Assembly: GCA_010909165.1 (NCBI GenBank)
Contig: VJWM01000118.1
Location: 832,470-896,469 of the forward strand
DNA: 64,000 nucleotides
Source of the DNA: Anthoceros angustus
Taxonomy: Eukaryota > Plantae > Anthocerotophyta
Direction: 5' to 3'
Shown here: piece after piece, positions 49,030 through 61,100 of the stretch
How the letters are laid out: every line of letters starts with the position of its first letter
Position numbering within the stretch: position 1 is the first letter of the stretch
Translations under genes and position numbers: made by a program
The notes under the pieces: model-generated
What the model was told of the DNA's origin: nothing
Databases searched by the model: none
Seen by the model: only the letters and a program-made list of their open reading frames with translations

Positions 49030-52000
49030 GGGGCTAGGCCTTTTCTTTTGCTTTCGGCCGCTTTGAGGAAGTCTTGCGACCTCCCGAGTCCCGGACTCTT
49101 TACATGTTTGTGGTGTAACTCTCGGCCTAGAGCCTTAGTCGATATATCCAGGGTTGTGGGTTGTTGGTATGTAGTCCAAGTATATTTTCCTCACACCGCT
49201 CTAATGTAGTGATACTCGACTTCCACATGCTTTGTCTGAGTGAAAGGATGGATTCTTTGCTAGAGCCATGGAGCCTTGGTTGTCTGTATAGATAGTGGTA
49301 CAGGTAGGTAGGTGAATTCCCATCTCCTGAAAAATTAACTTACACCACACTATCTCTTTTGTTGCAGCTGTCAGAACTCTATACTCGGCCTCTGTACTTG
49401 ACAGGGCCACCGTAGGTTGCTTCTTGGATGACCAACATATAGGTCCGACAGCAAAGGAGACCACATATCCTGAAACTGACTTTCTCGTGTCAATGTCTCC
49501 AGCATAGTCAGAGTCTGTAAAAGTCTCTAAGTCTAGAGTCTTTCCTTCCTGGTGCTCATACCTTAAGCCTACATCCGATGTTCCTTTCGGATAGCGAAAC
49601 ACCGTTCAAACTCGCCAATGTTCATGGCACGGATGTTCAAGAAATTGGGATAAGGCGGTTGAATATGCAACGTCGGCCTCGTAGTGTTTGAAGCATAGAT
49701 AAGTTTACCTACCCTTTTCTATGGCACATTTGCCATAGCATCCTTTTCAAATTCTGTGGACACATTGACTTACTCAACTTCAATCCACTAGGTAAGGGTG
49801 TTGATCTTTGGTTTGGCATCTTTAAGGCCCATCTGCTCCACAGTTCATAAGGTATCTCGGTGTGTCAAGGTAATAATTCTTCTATCTCTATCCCTTTGAA
49901 TGTGAACACCAAGATGCCTTCTTAGAGGTCCGAGATTTGTCATCTCAAATTTACGTGTTAGCGCAGTTGAGCTTGGTGATGTATGCTCCACTATTGCAGC
50001 GACAATCAAGTCGCCCACATAGATCGCAAGGTAACAGACTACGTTGTCTCGATCAGAACGCATGTGCCGCCATCCGCTGGCACTTTACAAAACCCCAGTT
50101 CACGCAGCTCCTCATCCAGACTGCCCATTCCATAGCATCGCTTGAGCCCTGTAGTTTTGATTAGCTTGAGGACATAGTCCTCTTTGCCTTTACTTCATAA
50201 CTGGAGGCCGCATATATCTCGTATCTAGCTTCCCATGTAGAAATGCTGTTTTCACATCAAACATATCTAACTCATAGTCTTTGTGGGTCGCACAAAGACA
50301 TAGGATGAAAAGTTGCCATCTTGACAATCGGAGCAAATGTTAAGTAGTCTAGGCTCGCACTTGGGAAAATCCTCGAGCCACGAGTCTTGCTTTATACCTA
50401 TCAAAGGTACCATCGCCTTTCACTTTTAGTTTGAAAACCCATTTACATGAGACCATTTTATGTCTGGAGGTAACTTGGCTAGCTCCCAAGTCCGCTTTTG
50501 ATCAAGGATTCACTGACAGTATGGCCTTTTTCCATTCAAAGAAGATCAGTCTACTAAGTGCCTCCTCATATGAGTGTGGCTCGATGGGGTCCAAAGAAAC
50601 AGAGTTGACGCCCTAAAGTCATGTGACCTAGTAACTGGAGGATGTCCTGTGTAGGGCTGCTCGTTGAGTGTGGGTCTTCTGCTCACGCCGAGGTGCTGTT
50701 TTCAAGATCCGCCTGCTCAAGATCATCGCCGCACCGCCGCTTCCTCCATATCTAAGTCCACATAAAAGGTAGAGGATCTGAGGATGCTGATTTGATCAAC
50801 AAGATCCTCGAAATCGTTCTAAATTATTACGCGCTAGTCGGTTCAAGGTCGTGGTGGATCCTCTTGTTCCCCACCGCAGGAGCAACATCCTCGAAGATCC
50901 TCAAAATGCTAGACATCTTGTTCAAGATGTTCCCAATCGTCATCTTCGGCGTAATCGCCGAAGCTCCCACGCCGTAAACGGTTTTCATCAAAGGTAACGC
51001 CCCGGAGTAGATGACGTGATTGGTAGGCACATCATACAACTTGTATGCCTTGATGCCTTCTGTAACCTAACATCAGCAACTTTTGTGCTTTGTTGAATGC
51101 TTGCGCTTCTCGGGATGAAGGCATAGGCTACACAACCAAAAGTCCTCAAATGCAAGATCTTGGGCTTATGTCCATAGAAGGCTTCATATGGAGTCATCCT
51201 CATGACAAGATTGGTAGGCAGCCTGCTCCTTAGGTAAACAGAGGTTGTAAGGGCTTCCCAATAGGACGAGGGAGGTGAGCATGGTTCAAGAAAGAAGATG
51301 TCATCTCCGCAAAGTGAGGTTCATATGCTCACCACCCTGCCTGCTGAGGTGTATAGACCATCGTTAATCGCCCGCCAATTCCTTCATCCGTGCGTAAGGC
51401 ACGGAATTCTTGTGAGGTAAATTCCCACCATTATCCGAACGCAAGGTCTTGAGTCCTACCCAGCCGCTCAAAACTTCGATAAGCTTTGAAGTGTGAAAAG
51501 CATTCACTTTTAGCTTTAAGGATATAAGCGACAAAACGTGTCGTGTCATCCGAAGGTCGAAAATATTTCCCGCCGAGGGAAGTCTGACAAGGGGCCACAC
51601 AACTCATGTGCACTAACTGTGACTTCAAGCCCCTGTGAGGAGCCTTGTTTCTAAAGGCGCTTGATGGCGTTTGCAAGAACACAGGTTCACATAAAGGTAA
51701 AGGCTAATTTGCCAATAGGACCATCAAGATAGAGGTCACTAGCTAATTTGCAACCTGTCATGTGGGTGACCTAATCGAGCATGCCACAACTTAGACTTCG
51801 CTATCTCACAGTGAGGTCGGGAGTCCTCATGTGTTAGATGGGACTGCTACTCCACCCTTAGTGTGAAGACGAACAGTCATGTTCAAGACCCGTAGGCTAG
51901 AACTCGTTGGATTAAAGGCATCTATGACCTTACACTCTCGTGCAGAATGTGGATTATTGTCTATGTTAAACGCCTATGTAGATTAGATTGCGTGTCATCT

Positions 52001-52980
52001 CGTGTACAAAATAAACATCTAAGAGAGACAAGCCTGATGGTATGGCTGAATAGTCCCCATCCCCGAGAGACAAGAGACCTATTATCGCCAAGGTAGACAA
52101 CCGGTCCTTGATCGACCAGAAGTCCGAAATGCGTTTCTATCAAAACACATGTGAGCAAAGTGGCACGTGTTCAAGTACCACTGTGAATTGCCTAGCATTT
52201 GTCTTTCGACAAACATGTAGGTGCAAGGACCTGATTAGTATACTCCTCCCAACCATGAGGGAGGGCGATGGTCGCTTCTTAACCACAACATTGGTTTCAT
52301 TTCCTCCTTTCGAGGTAAGCCCTAGCTTTTCCCCGCATTCACGCTCCCGGTGACTGTGGATTTTGCACCGTTGCAAGTCCCCGACTTCTTACTTTTCTTG
52401 TTTGCAAGCTGCGAGTGGCCTCCTTGCGAGCCGCCACCTCGGGGCGAACCGATCCACCGCCCGAGTATGGTCTTGCACCACCGCCCACGGTTGGATGTAA
52501 ACGCTTGCGCTTGCGCCGCGCCTTTGTCCTCCTCGTCGCCTCCTCTTCCGAGAGGGACCCAACAAGTTCTGCAAATGTTACGGTACTTTGAGGTCGGTGA
52601 TTTGCGCCACACCAGAATTGGGATGCATGAATTGATGTCACAAAGTGTGACCATGGAGGCAATGATAGCAACAGTACAATGTCGATTTCATCCTTGATGG
52701 TTTCCTTGGTAGCATTTTCCAGCTTTAGAGACCAAGGTTCAAAGTCATTATATGTTTTTCCACATTCTCCTTCACGCATTTTACATTCAAGGTTGTTGGT
52801 CGACGGTGATTTCGAGTTCTTTCGCTGACTCCTCCAAAGCGATCCCAGTTGCAGCTCTCACAACCGCTTTGCCTCATCATGTCTGCTGAGTCCACTTCTA
52901 ATGAAATACATTGAAGATTCATTTCGAGTTCTGCTTCCTTTTGCTACAGTTTCACTCTCGTCGCATCTAAACCTTGTGTG
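49030..52980 (-). pseudogene. Copia gag-pol, heavily frameshifted
   Basis: Integrase KTLRSDNGG and TPYEAFYGHKPKILHLRTFGCVAY; RT LAIYVGDLIV and FEMTNLGPL; RNase H TDSDYAGDIDTRKSVSGY...WSSKKQPTVALSSTEAEY. Confidence 0.92.
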
Positions 52981-54167
52981 GTTTTCCGTAGTTTTACGGT
53001 TGAAGCGCCTTTCATGCGCATGACCCAAATATCATCGACGACCATCAAATCTATCCTTTCTTTGAACCCTTCCCCACCTACGGATGAGGAGCCCAGATCT
53101 CCCATTGTAAGGGCTTATAAAGGGTTTAAAGCTACTATCTATTGCCTCGGAGCATCTACGAGGTGAGCAAGTATGTTAATGTGTCTAATTACTTCATGTA
53201 AGCTAGATGCTGTGCCTCCTTTTCGCAATCGCTTCCTTTCTTATTGTGAACCTATTGTAAGTGTAGGTTGCACATGAAGGACAGAGTTGGGATCATCAAA
53301 CCGCGATTCGTTAGTACGCTTGATTGATCTAACGCAAAGTGCGAAATTCGTGGTTTTTCAACAATTCGCTTTAACAACACATGGATTTTATAATCCGTGG
53401 TACAAATGCTCCTTAGATCCTCAGAATCCACACTTACAGAACACTCTTATTCATTTACATAACGCCTATCTACAAATAGGGCGTGAGATTCAATTGAAAT
53501 AATCAAACTGCTGCTTGTGGTGCGTGTGGTGAGGAAACCATTAGGGTTTCCATGTACATCAGTCGAGCCTAGGACGCAACTCCGGAGGGTTGGCTTCGAA
53601 CTTGCTCACGGGACCAACTAACAAATGTTGAAAGTCCGCATAGGGTGGAAACCAGAAAATTGTAAGCCTCACGCAGGCCGTGTGCAGCTGCCTTGATTTC
53701 TGTGTCCACTCCTCGCTCGGTGAATGCGCCAACAATGTGTTTCAGTTAGGTTGTCCCCGAGTGGTCGATTGCGTTGGTTGACTCGCTCGGTCGTCAGCCA
53801 GTTGGCCCTCGTTGTGTGCCATTTTAATGGCTTGTATTCGCCGTTAGAATGCTAAATTTATGCATTCGATTGCTGTTATCAATTTACAAAAGCTATTTGC
53901 ACTATCTAGCGGTGTTCTAGTGAAGTTCTATCTTGCTATAGGAGCAATCAATAGAACTACATTAGAATGCAACTACTAGATTTGCAAAACAGCAATTTGT
54001 AAACAAGCAATTATAAAGAAAACAACCGTAAATTTAAGTTCTTGATTTTATTTTGGGTTTCATTTCAAGAAAGCATTCTTAAACATAAAACAACCAAAAT
54101 GCATGTTTGTGCATATCCCGAAATGCACATTTGATGTGCATTCTTTAGAATGCAAACGCATCATCAT

Positions 54168-54178
54168 GCTCGATACCA
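54168..54178 (-). promoter_or_regulatory. Primer-binding site (initiator tRNA-Met type)
   Basis: Minus strand TGGTATCGAGC directly follows the 5' LTR and is one base short of the canonical TGGTATCAGAGC. Confidence 0.85.
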
Positions 54179-54431
54179 TGACGATTTATAGAGATAATGC
54201 AGATTAATTAAATCAGATAAAATAATTACATCATTGATAATCAAGAAAAGAACCAAAGTGTTTATGAGACTTGGACAACTTAACTAAACCGAAAAGTCAT
54301 GTCCGTCGCTAAAGGTCGCAACCCTAATGAAAGGGTATATATAACTTAAGCTAAGTTATATGTGTGACTAATAAGCTAACCCTAGGTTACTTAACATTAT
54401 GATAACACCCTAAGTACTCATTACTTCATCA
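54179..54431 (-). repeat. Copia 5' LTR (253 bp)
   Basis: TG...CA termini; the PBS is adjacent at 54168-54178. Confidence 0.95.
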
Positions 54432-55099
54432 CCCTCAACTACTTGCAATACCCAACGCCCTGGTCCAGGCGTCCACACTTCAGGGACCTCGACCTCATCC
54501 GCGCGGAAGGCTTGAGCACACACATAATCTCCAGCAGGGAGGTGAGGTGCATTCTCCCACTGCCAGATCGGGTGAACACCATGGCGCTGGTCAGGGCTCT
54601 GACGGCGTTGATTTGCGCACTGGACGAAACTCGATGAAGATCCGCTGCTCACAAGTTCCGCATCACGGACAAGCCCAGCTGCTGGAATGAAGGGGGGCAT
54701 CGGCGGCATTGGGATTGGCCCCTCCGAAGCATTGCTGCTGGAGCTATTTGCCATCACACATGCTCTTGCCGTAATCGCACCTAGTGAAATCGATGAACTG
54801 GAAGAAGCCGCTCAGGGCGTAAATATGCACACCGAAGGTCGGCGATAGCTTTCCGACGAAGGCGTGAGCATAAATGCGAATGAAGCGTGTTTTTGCACCC
54901 AAAATAGGCAGATGTTGACGTTGGTACGCGATAGCCGTTGCATCAATCGTGACTAATGACCGACGGACGTGAGACCGTTCACGCCCACATTAGCCCGACC
55001 ACGCTGAGTGATGACCGTTATGGACCCTTGTCCAGCCCTGATACATCCACCCCCTTGGCCTGCATTTCATTTTTACACCTCACTTGCACGCAACCTTGA

Positions 55100-58000
55100 C
55101 GCGTTGTGGTCGGCCATGGATCCGGATGCTCCACCACATCAGATTTCAAGAGGTCGTTGCCCATGTCCTAATTGCATTGGTAACGCAGCATCCCGTGAGG
55201 ACATTGCGCTTGCCCATGCTCGGACCGGGATATCGTAGCACGCCTCGAGGTACGCCTCTTAAAGTCGTGGCACATCCGTTTCATGAATTTACGGATGCAT
55301 CCGTTCAAACCGGAAATTGATCGACGTCATTGAATTCGGTGCGGGGGCGCCAATCGACTACGCTGGACCGTCAATGGCGGGATTCACCGAAAATGTGGAT
55401 CTGGCACGACTTAGGTGCGGTCGCAATATCAACCCGCATCGATGCACATGGTGTGATGCGCGGTGGGAGCCGTGTGGTGATGCCGCAGGAAGATGACACT
55501 CAATCATGCGGCGAGTCCTTGCGCGACCACCATGAGGGCGTTCCAACTCCTCCTACCCGAGCCCGGCGTCGGCCGGACCATTTTGCAGTTTCATATCGTC
55601 TATCCCCGATCAATGGCATCAAGCGCTCAATGAGGAGGCCTCGAAACCGTTGTTCGATATAGCCGAGACTCGTCGGTTGTTGTCCCACACTCGCACTATG
55701 AGCGAGAGAGACACAACTTATCTCGATAGTGCAATCACCGATGTCTTGAGTTGTGAGCGAGGTGCTCGCCTCGCAATTATGCGCGATCGCGGCGGGAAGC
55801 AAGGCAAATTCTTCGGTGGGGCATTGTAAGCGATACGTGGCGAGGATTGCTTGTGTTTTAGGGCAGGAATCGCATTGCTTTTGCGGCCTACCCGTTCAGA
55901 ATCCGGTTAGGCACAAGGTTTCGCGGAAGGCATATTTCACTTCCCTTTGGTGGAGCGCTGAGGCGGATCTTTAGATGCCCTCCATGGCAAGGATATGACT
56001 TGGTGGGCGCGCAATCGAAGTGAAGATGGTAAAATGCGGATTCTGATACGCTGCGTGGGCAGCTTTGGACGTGGACAATTTCGGTGATGACGACAGGAAT
56101 GTGCGTCTTTCTATTTGTGCAGACGGCCTTAATCCGTCTGGCCATCGGTCAACCTCCTACTCCATATGGCCAGTGGTGCTGGTCATCCAGAACCTGCCAC
56201 CTTGGCTTTCCACCAAGAAGGAACGCATTCTCATGTCAATGGTGATTCCAGGTCCCAAGCAAGTGGCAAACATGGATGTCTATTTGCAGCCTTTGATAGC
56301 GGAATTGGCTGAGCTATGGGAGGGAGTGGATTGTGAAGACTCGAAGCTGACGACCGCTGAGTTTTCAAGCTTGGGCGTTGCTGCTTGCAACATGTGACTA
56401 TCCCGGCTTGGGAAATTTGTTGGCTTGCAAGTCCGTGGAAACTCGCGTGTATTGATTGTGGTATAGGGTTAGAGCCGGTGGTCACCACATTTAGATAAAA
56501 TGCCGGGCGCACCGATGGTGCCTCGACTTGGCGACACCCGCAGTCGTTCCATATGGACGCTGCTCAATAACAAAGTCGAGACCACGGCCTCGCCCGCAGT
56601 TGTCCCTGACGTTGGAAATGCAGATGTGGGAGGCCGATGCGGCAAAGGAGGAACACCAAGGCGGGAGTTACGCTGAGTCACTTATCCCGCACCTCCCTTA
56701 CCTTACCAAAGATCCACAAGCTATGGGCAAAGGATGTAATGCATGTAGAAATGAACAATGACAAGGCAATATGGGGAATTCTAGTCGGCCGATACACTTG
56801 CAACCTGTTTAGACATGGAGTCACACGACTCAAAGCCATGGTTGTGGCGGTGGAGGAGGATGACTTGTTACCCGCCAGAGGCCTCATGTCTTGAAGGCGT
56901 GACCTTCAAGCAAAGAAGGACGAGATCCAGGCAATGAGGCCACCTCACGCTTTGGGGCCAACTTAAATTCGTGCTTTGCCGGGCCAAAAGTAATCGGACT
57001 CAAGAGCCATGATTGGCATTGTATCATGGAGTACTACTTGCCAATCGCCCTAAGAGGACGATTGGATGCCGGAGTACAATGCAATTGCATTTTAGCGAAC
57101 TTTACAGTGGATATGTGGAAAGGCAATCACCATATCGGAGATACCCATGAAGAAGTTGGAGGTTGTCGACCTTATGGTCACACTTGAGCAACTTATGCCG
57201 TCAACTTTTGGAACCCGATGCATATGATATTCCATATTATGGAGGAGGTAGAAGTATTTGAGTGCATACAATGTACCTTTGGATCCGGAAAGGTATATGC
57301 TTGTCTTGAAGAATCATGTCGAGACGTGCACGAGGGAAGTATGGCCACACGTTACATTGCAATGGAGGCAATGCATTATGCCAGTTTATGGCGTAACACC
57401 AGCACGCCATTATACAAGAGGCGTGCGGATTTTGTTCAAGAAGACCGCCTAACCCGGTGCGGCAAACAGGTGGAGCTTAGCCCGGACGACGCACGGCCCG
57501 TGATTGGTACTTGTTGTTGCATTCCGCAGTTATGGGGCCCATCCGTGAGGAGTACGATAGGCATGCCCAACGAGACGAGGTGGATTTCAAGACATGGTTA
57601 AGGGCAGGCCTTGCGGCCGGGGTATGGAACAACAGCCCGAATCTGGCCGAATTTAGAGCGCTGTGCAATGGGCCGCGGCTTGTCGTTAAGCAATACAGGG
57701 GTTTGAACTCAAGGGGGTATCATTTTCGGACACAAGCAGCGGATGCCAATCGAAAGGCAACACAAGATAGTTGGGTCTATGGATCATTCGAGATGATCGG
57801 GGGGCAACACCATCGGGAGTACTTTGGCCGTATCAGGCAGGTTCTCGAAGTAGAGTGCGACGGTGCTGATGTTCGCTCGTTCGTGCTGAATGTCCACTGG
57901 TACGAGTGTGACCCAGATCACGACCCGCCCTCCATGGTCTGTGATTACAGTCGATTTTGGTCGATGATACGACGCCTTGCAGTGCGGGCGGGATCATGAC

Positions 58001-58100
58001 CGCGACCGTTCGTTTCGAACACGTCACTCAAGCATTTGCCCATCGGACGTCATGGTTGAGCGCGGCAATGGATGATATGCACCCCATCCACGCTGGGTGG
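55100..58100 (+). pseudogene. CACTA Tnp2 transposase remnant (transposase-associated, Transposase_21, DUF4218 and DUF4216-like regions)
   Basis: RCPCPNC; RNVRLSICADGLNP...SYSIWPVVLVIQNLPPWL...VIPGPKQ..NMDVYLQPLIAELAELWEGV; MHMIFHIMEEV...EGSMATRY; GYHFRT...EYFGRIRQVLEV...HWY. Confidence 0.9.
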
Positions 58101-61100
58101 GATATACGTAGAGTAGGAGCAAAATATGGCCTGCTTTGTGGGGTCCCGTAGGAGTCTATGCTATATAATGGATGATTACCTTAAATAAAGATGTTCATTG
58201 ATGTGACCGCGTCTCCATTCGCATCGGTGGCGTCGTCAGGCTTGGGCCTCTCCCATAAACCAAGCAATGAGCTTCCACGTTCAAGGTCAGGTGCCACAAA
58301 CTCGGTTGTTGCCGACACCGATGCAAGGCACATGGCAACAAGGAGGAAGCAGTGAATGCAAAAGATGAACCCTTGGCCACTTTGCTCGGCAAAGCGTAGG
58401 ATATGTGTCAACGAATATGGCGGTGCGGATTGCGTGATGCATATGATGGATCGTCTAGCGATGGTGGGCTATGGGAGCAGGCAGCGTGGAAAGTGCCCAG
58501 CAAAGCCTAGACACCCGGTGGCTCCGAAAAATATATTTATGCATGGTCCCCATCTCGGTGTCTCAATTACAATCTTGAAGCCCGCTTCGAGCTGCGTGGC
58601 CATGCTGATATCTGTCAGTTGTACTTCCATGCTTGCCGCCTGATGTTTAAATTGTGGCAGCAGGTCGGGCGTGAATAAGGATGGAGCAAATACGTTGATA
58701 TGACAAGGGGTGGCGGCGGACTTGGGTTTGGGAAACCGGGGGTGGTTCTAACCACTGACGCTATTCTTGAGTGTGTTGCCCAAATTGCATAATGCTGGCT
58801 GTTGATCCTAGATGTTTCCAGAAGCTGGCTGCCCGGGCCAAAGGCAAAACGCTTGGGCGCAACGGCGGAAATTAATTGTCATCTGTGCTCCCGAGGGAGC
58901 GCACAATTGTGAGATGGCTTTGTCTTCAGACTCACCCATGAGGCGTAAATCACCTTGAAATTGTAACCGTTGTTCTGCGCCTTGCGGTATAACCCAAAGC
59001 GCCTAACTGAAGGGAGCCATGGCCCATGCGTGGGTGGAGAATAGGGAAGGACTACTGTCGTGGGAGGACGCTCAAGTGGAAGATGATATCAACGAGCCAT
59101 TCCACGTAGTGCAGGAGACGCGCGACCTGGTTGTGCCGTCGACACCAGCTTTTGATGGTTTGGTCGGGGCAGAGGAGGCTTTGGGATCAGAGTTGGAGCC
59201 CGGGACATTCGAACAAATGTGGGAGGCATCATTCCTCCCCACTTGCGGGCGAGATGCTCACCGAGAGGGGAGTGTTCCAGCGGGAAGTCCTTAAGACCGC
59301 CAACCTGGAAGATTTTCTCGCGTAGCGAAAATCCATGGAGGTCTGCAGACGCATCGAGGCTAGACGTGCAGTGAGGATGCAGGCATGTATGTCCAGTTGT
59401 CGAGATGAGATTTGGGATGTTGAGCCGGGAGCTCGCTAAAAGAGTGTCGGAGCTAGTGCACACACGCATGACTTTGTTGAAGCCCGTCGGAGCATTCACC
59501 GTAGCTACGCACGGAGTTGATTGACATCATCCAAGAGAGTTTCGGAGTTACCAACCGGATTTCATCATCAAACAGCTTCTTCCAACGGTCTCGGACCAAG
59601 AATCATTCTCACTGGGAGGTGAAGTGGCGGTATGTGCGAAAACGGGCGACTATGAGAAGCACTTGCGCCTGTGTAATGTGTCTAAAGAAGAGTGGGTTTG
59701 GGCGATTCAATTTGGTGTACAGTGCTTGATCGTAACAATGGTGAGTGGTCGAGGCACAACAGGAAACCGCCATGCAGGCCCTGATTGGCGGTGCAACCCC
59801 TATGGACGGCGGTGCAATGACTTTAGAAAGGCGTTTTACCATAAGTACACGGTGCCTACACCGCTTGAAGAAGCGTGGGTAGGGAGCATGGTATGGAAGG
59901 TGTTGAAGCCTTCGACGAAGGAAGGTGAGGCGCGGGGCGATGTGATCGCCTAGTTGGCAGGAATCTTGTGTCTCCTATCTCGTGCTCATGGCTTGGTTTT
60001 GATGTGCGCATGTGCGCTGGACTCGGACAACGAAGGCACATGTACAAGAGGCTGAGGGAGAGGTGAACACAAGAGAGTCTCTATCCCCTCCACCACCAGA
60101 CGTGAACAGGAGGATAACACGGAGTACGTTGCAGGAAAGGTCGGTCATTCCATTTAGCCGAGACGAGATGATTTGATAAGCATTTTGTTTTTTCAAACTG
60201 GTTCTCTGGCGTCAAGGGCATGCGTTTTTAATACGCTGGCCATTTCAAGGAAGAACGCTGCACAAAGCATTTGTTTTCGTTCTGCCGAGGTTGAGGGCCG
60301 GGGCCCGAGTCATGTGGATGTTCGCAGAGTGTAGTGGGGTCTCCTGTCCGGTTGGTGGAGAGGCATTCGCATCGAGGGAGGGAAGAGGAAGTAAGCAGTC
60401 CATTGTTTATTTGTTGTGCATTCGTTCCAGAGTGTAGTTGTCATCTACCGTCTGAAGTATTTGGCAGGATTCTGCAAACTGAAAGTCTGATGTACATGAA
60501 CAGGGGAGGGCGAAGGCACCATCTATGCGCTATCAAGAAGAAGGGCCCCAATATCGGCGTAAGCGCGATGGGAAGGAAGGAAGGCAGGCGCGTTTGAAGA
60601 AGATAAATGGAGCAGAACCCCCATTTCCGCTTTCTCGCTACGAGTAGATCTAGCTTAGTTGATGCGCCTAGTTCATGTGGAGCGCCAACGCCTTGGCGTA
60701 ATTAGGGACCCCCTACTACTAGGCCGATATTCGTATATTCCTCGATGCACGTGATATTCATACACTATTCTAGAAGGTATTATGCATCATTAGGGTATAT
60801 GGTTAACAACCCGTAATTAAGCGTGTTTGAAAACATTAACTCTCGGTTAATAGTAATTATAAGTTCAAGTAATTATTAATTATATTGGCCTTAAAAGATT
60901 CTATAATGTAATCAATGCTTAAATGAGTCACTATAATTTCAAATTCAATCCTAAATGAAATGGTCATAAGCTAGTAAGTTTGAAAATGCATGAATATGAA
61001 GGGCATGCCACCAATGGCAAGCCAATCCGTATTGACTCAATTCACCAATGAGCAGCAAATTCAACCGTGTCAATCACCAATGAACATCCAATCGCTTTTA

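Larger units (their letters stand above)
47810..54431 (-). mobile_element. Full-length Ty1/Copia LTR retrotransposon with 5-bp TSD CCCTC
   Basis: LTRs at 47810-48061 and 54179-54431 (TG...CA, about 3 differences). CCCTC at 47805-47809 and 54432-54436. PBS TGGTATCGAGC similar to initiator tRNA-Met. PPT AAGTGGGAG. The order gag, protease, integrase, RT, RNase H runs on the minus strand. Confidence 0.96.
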
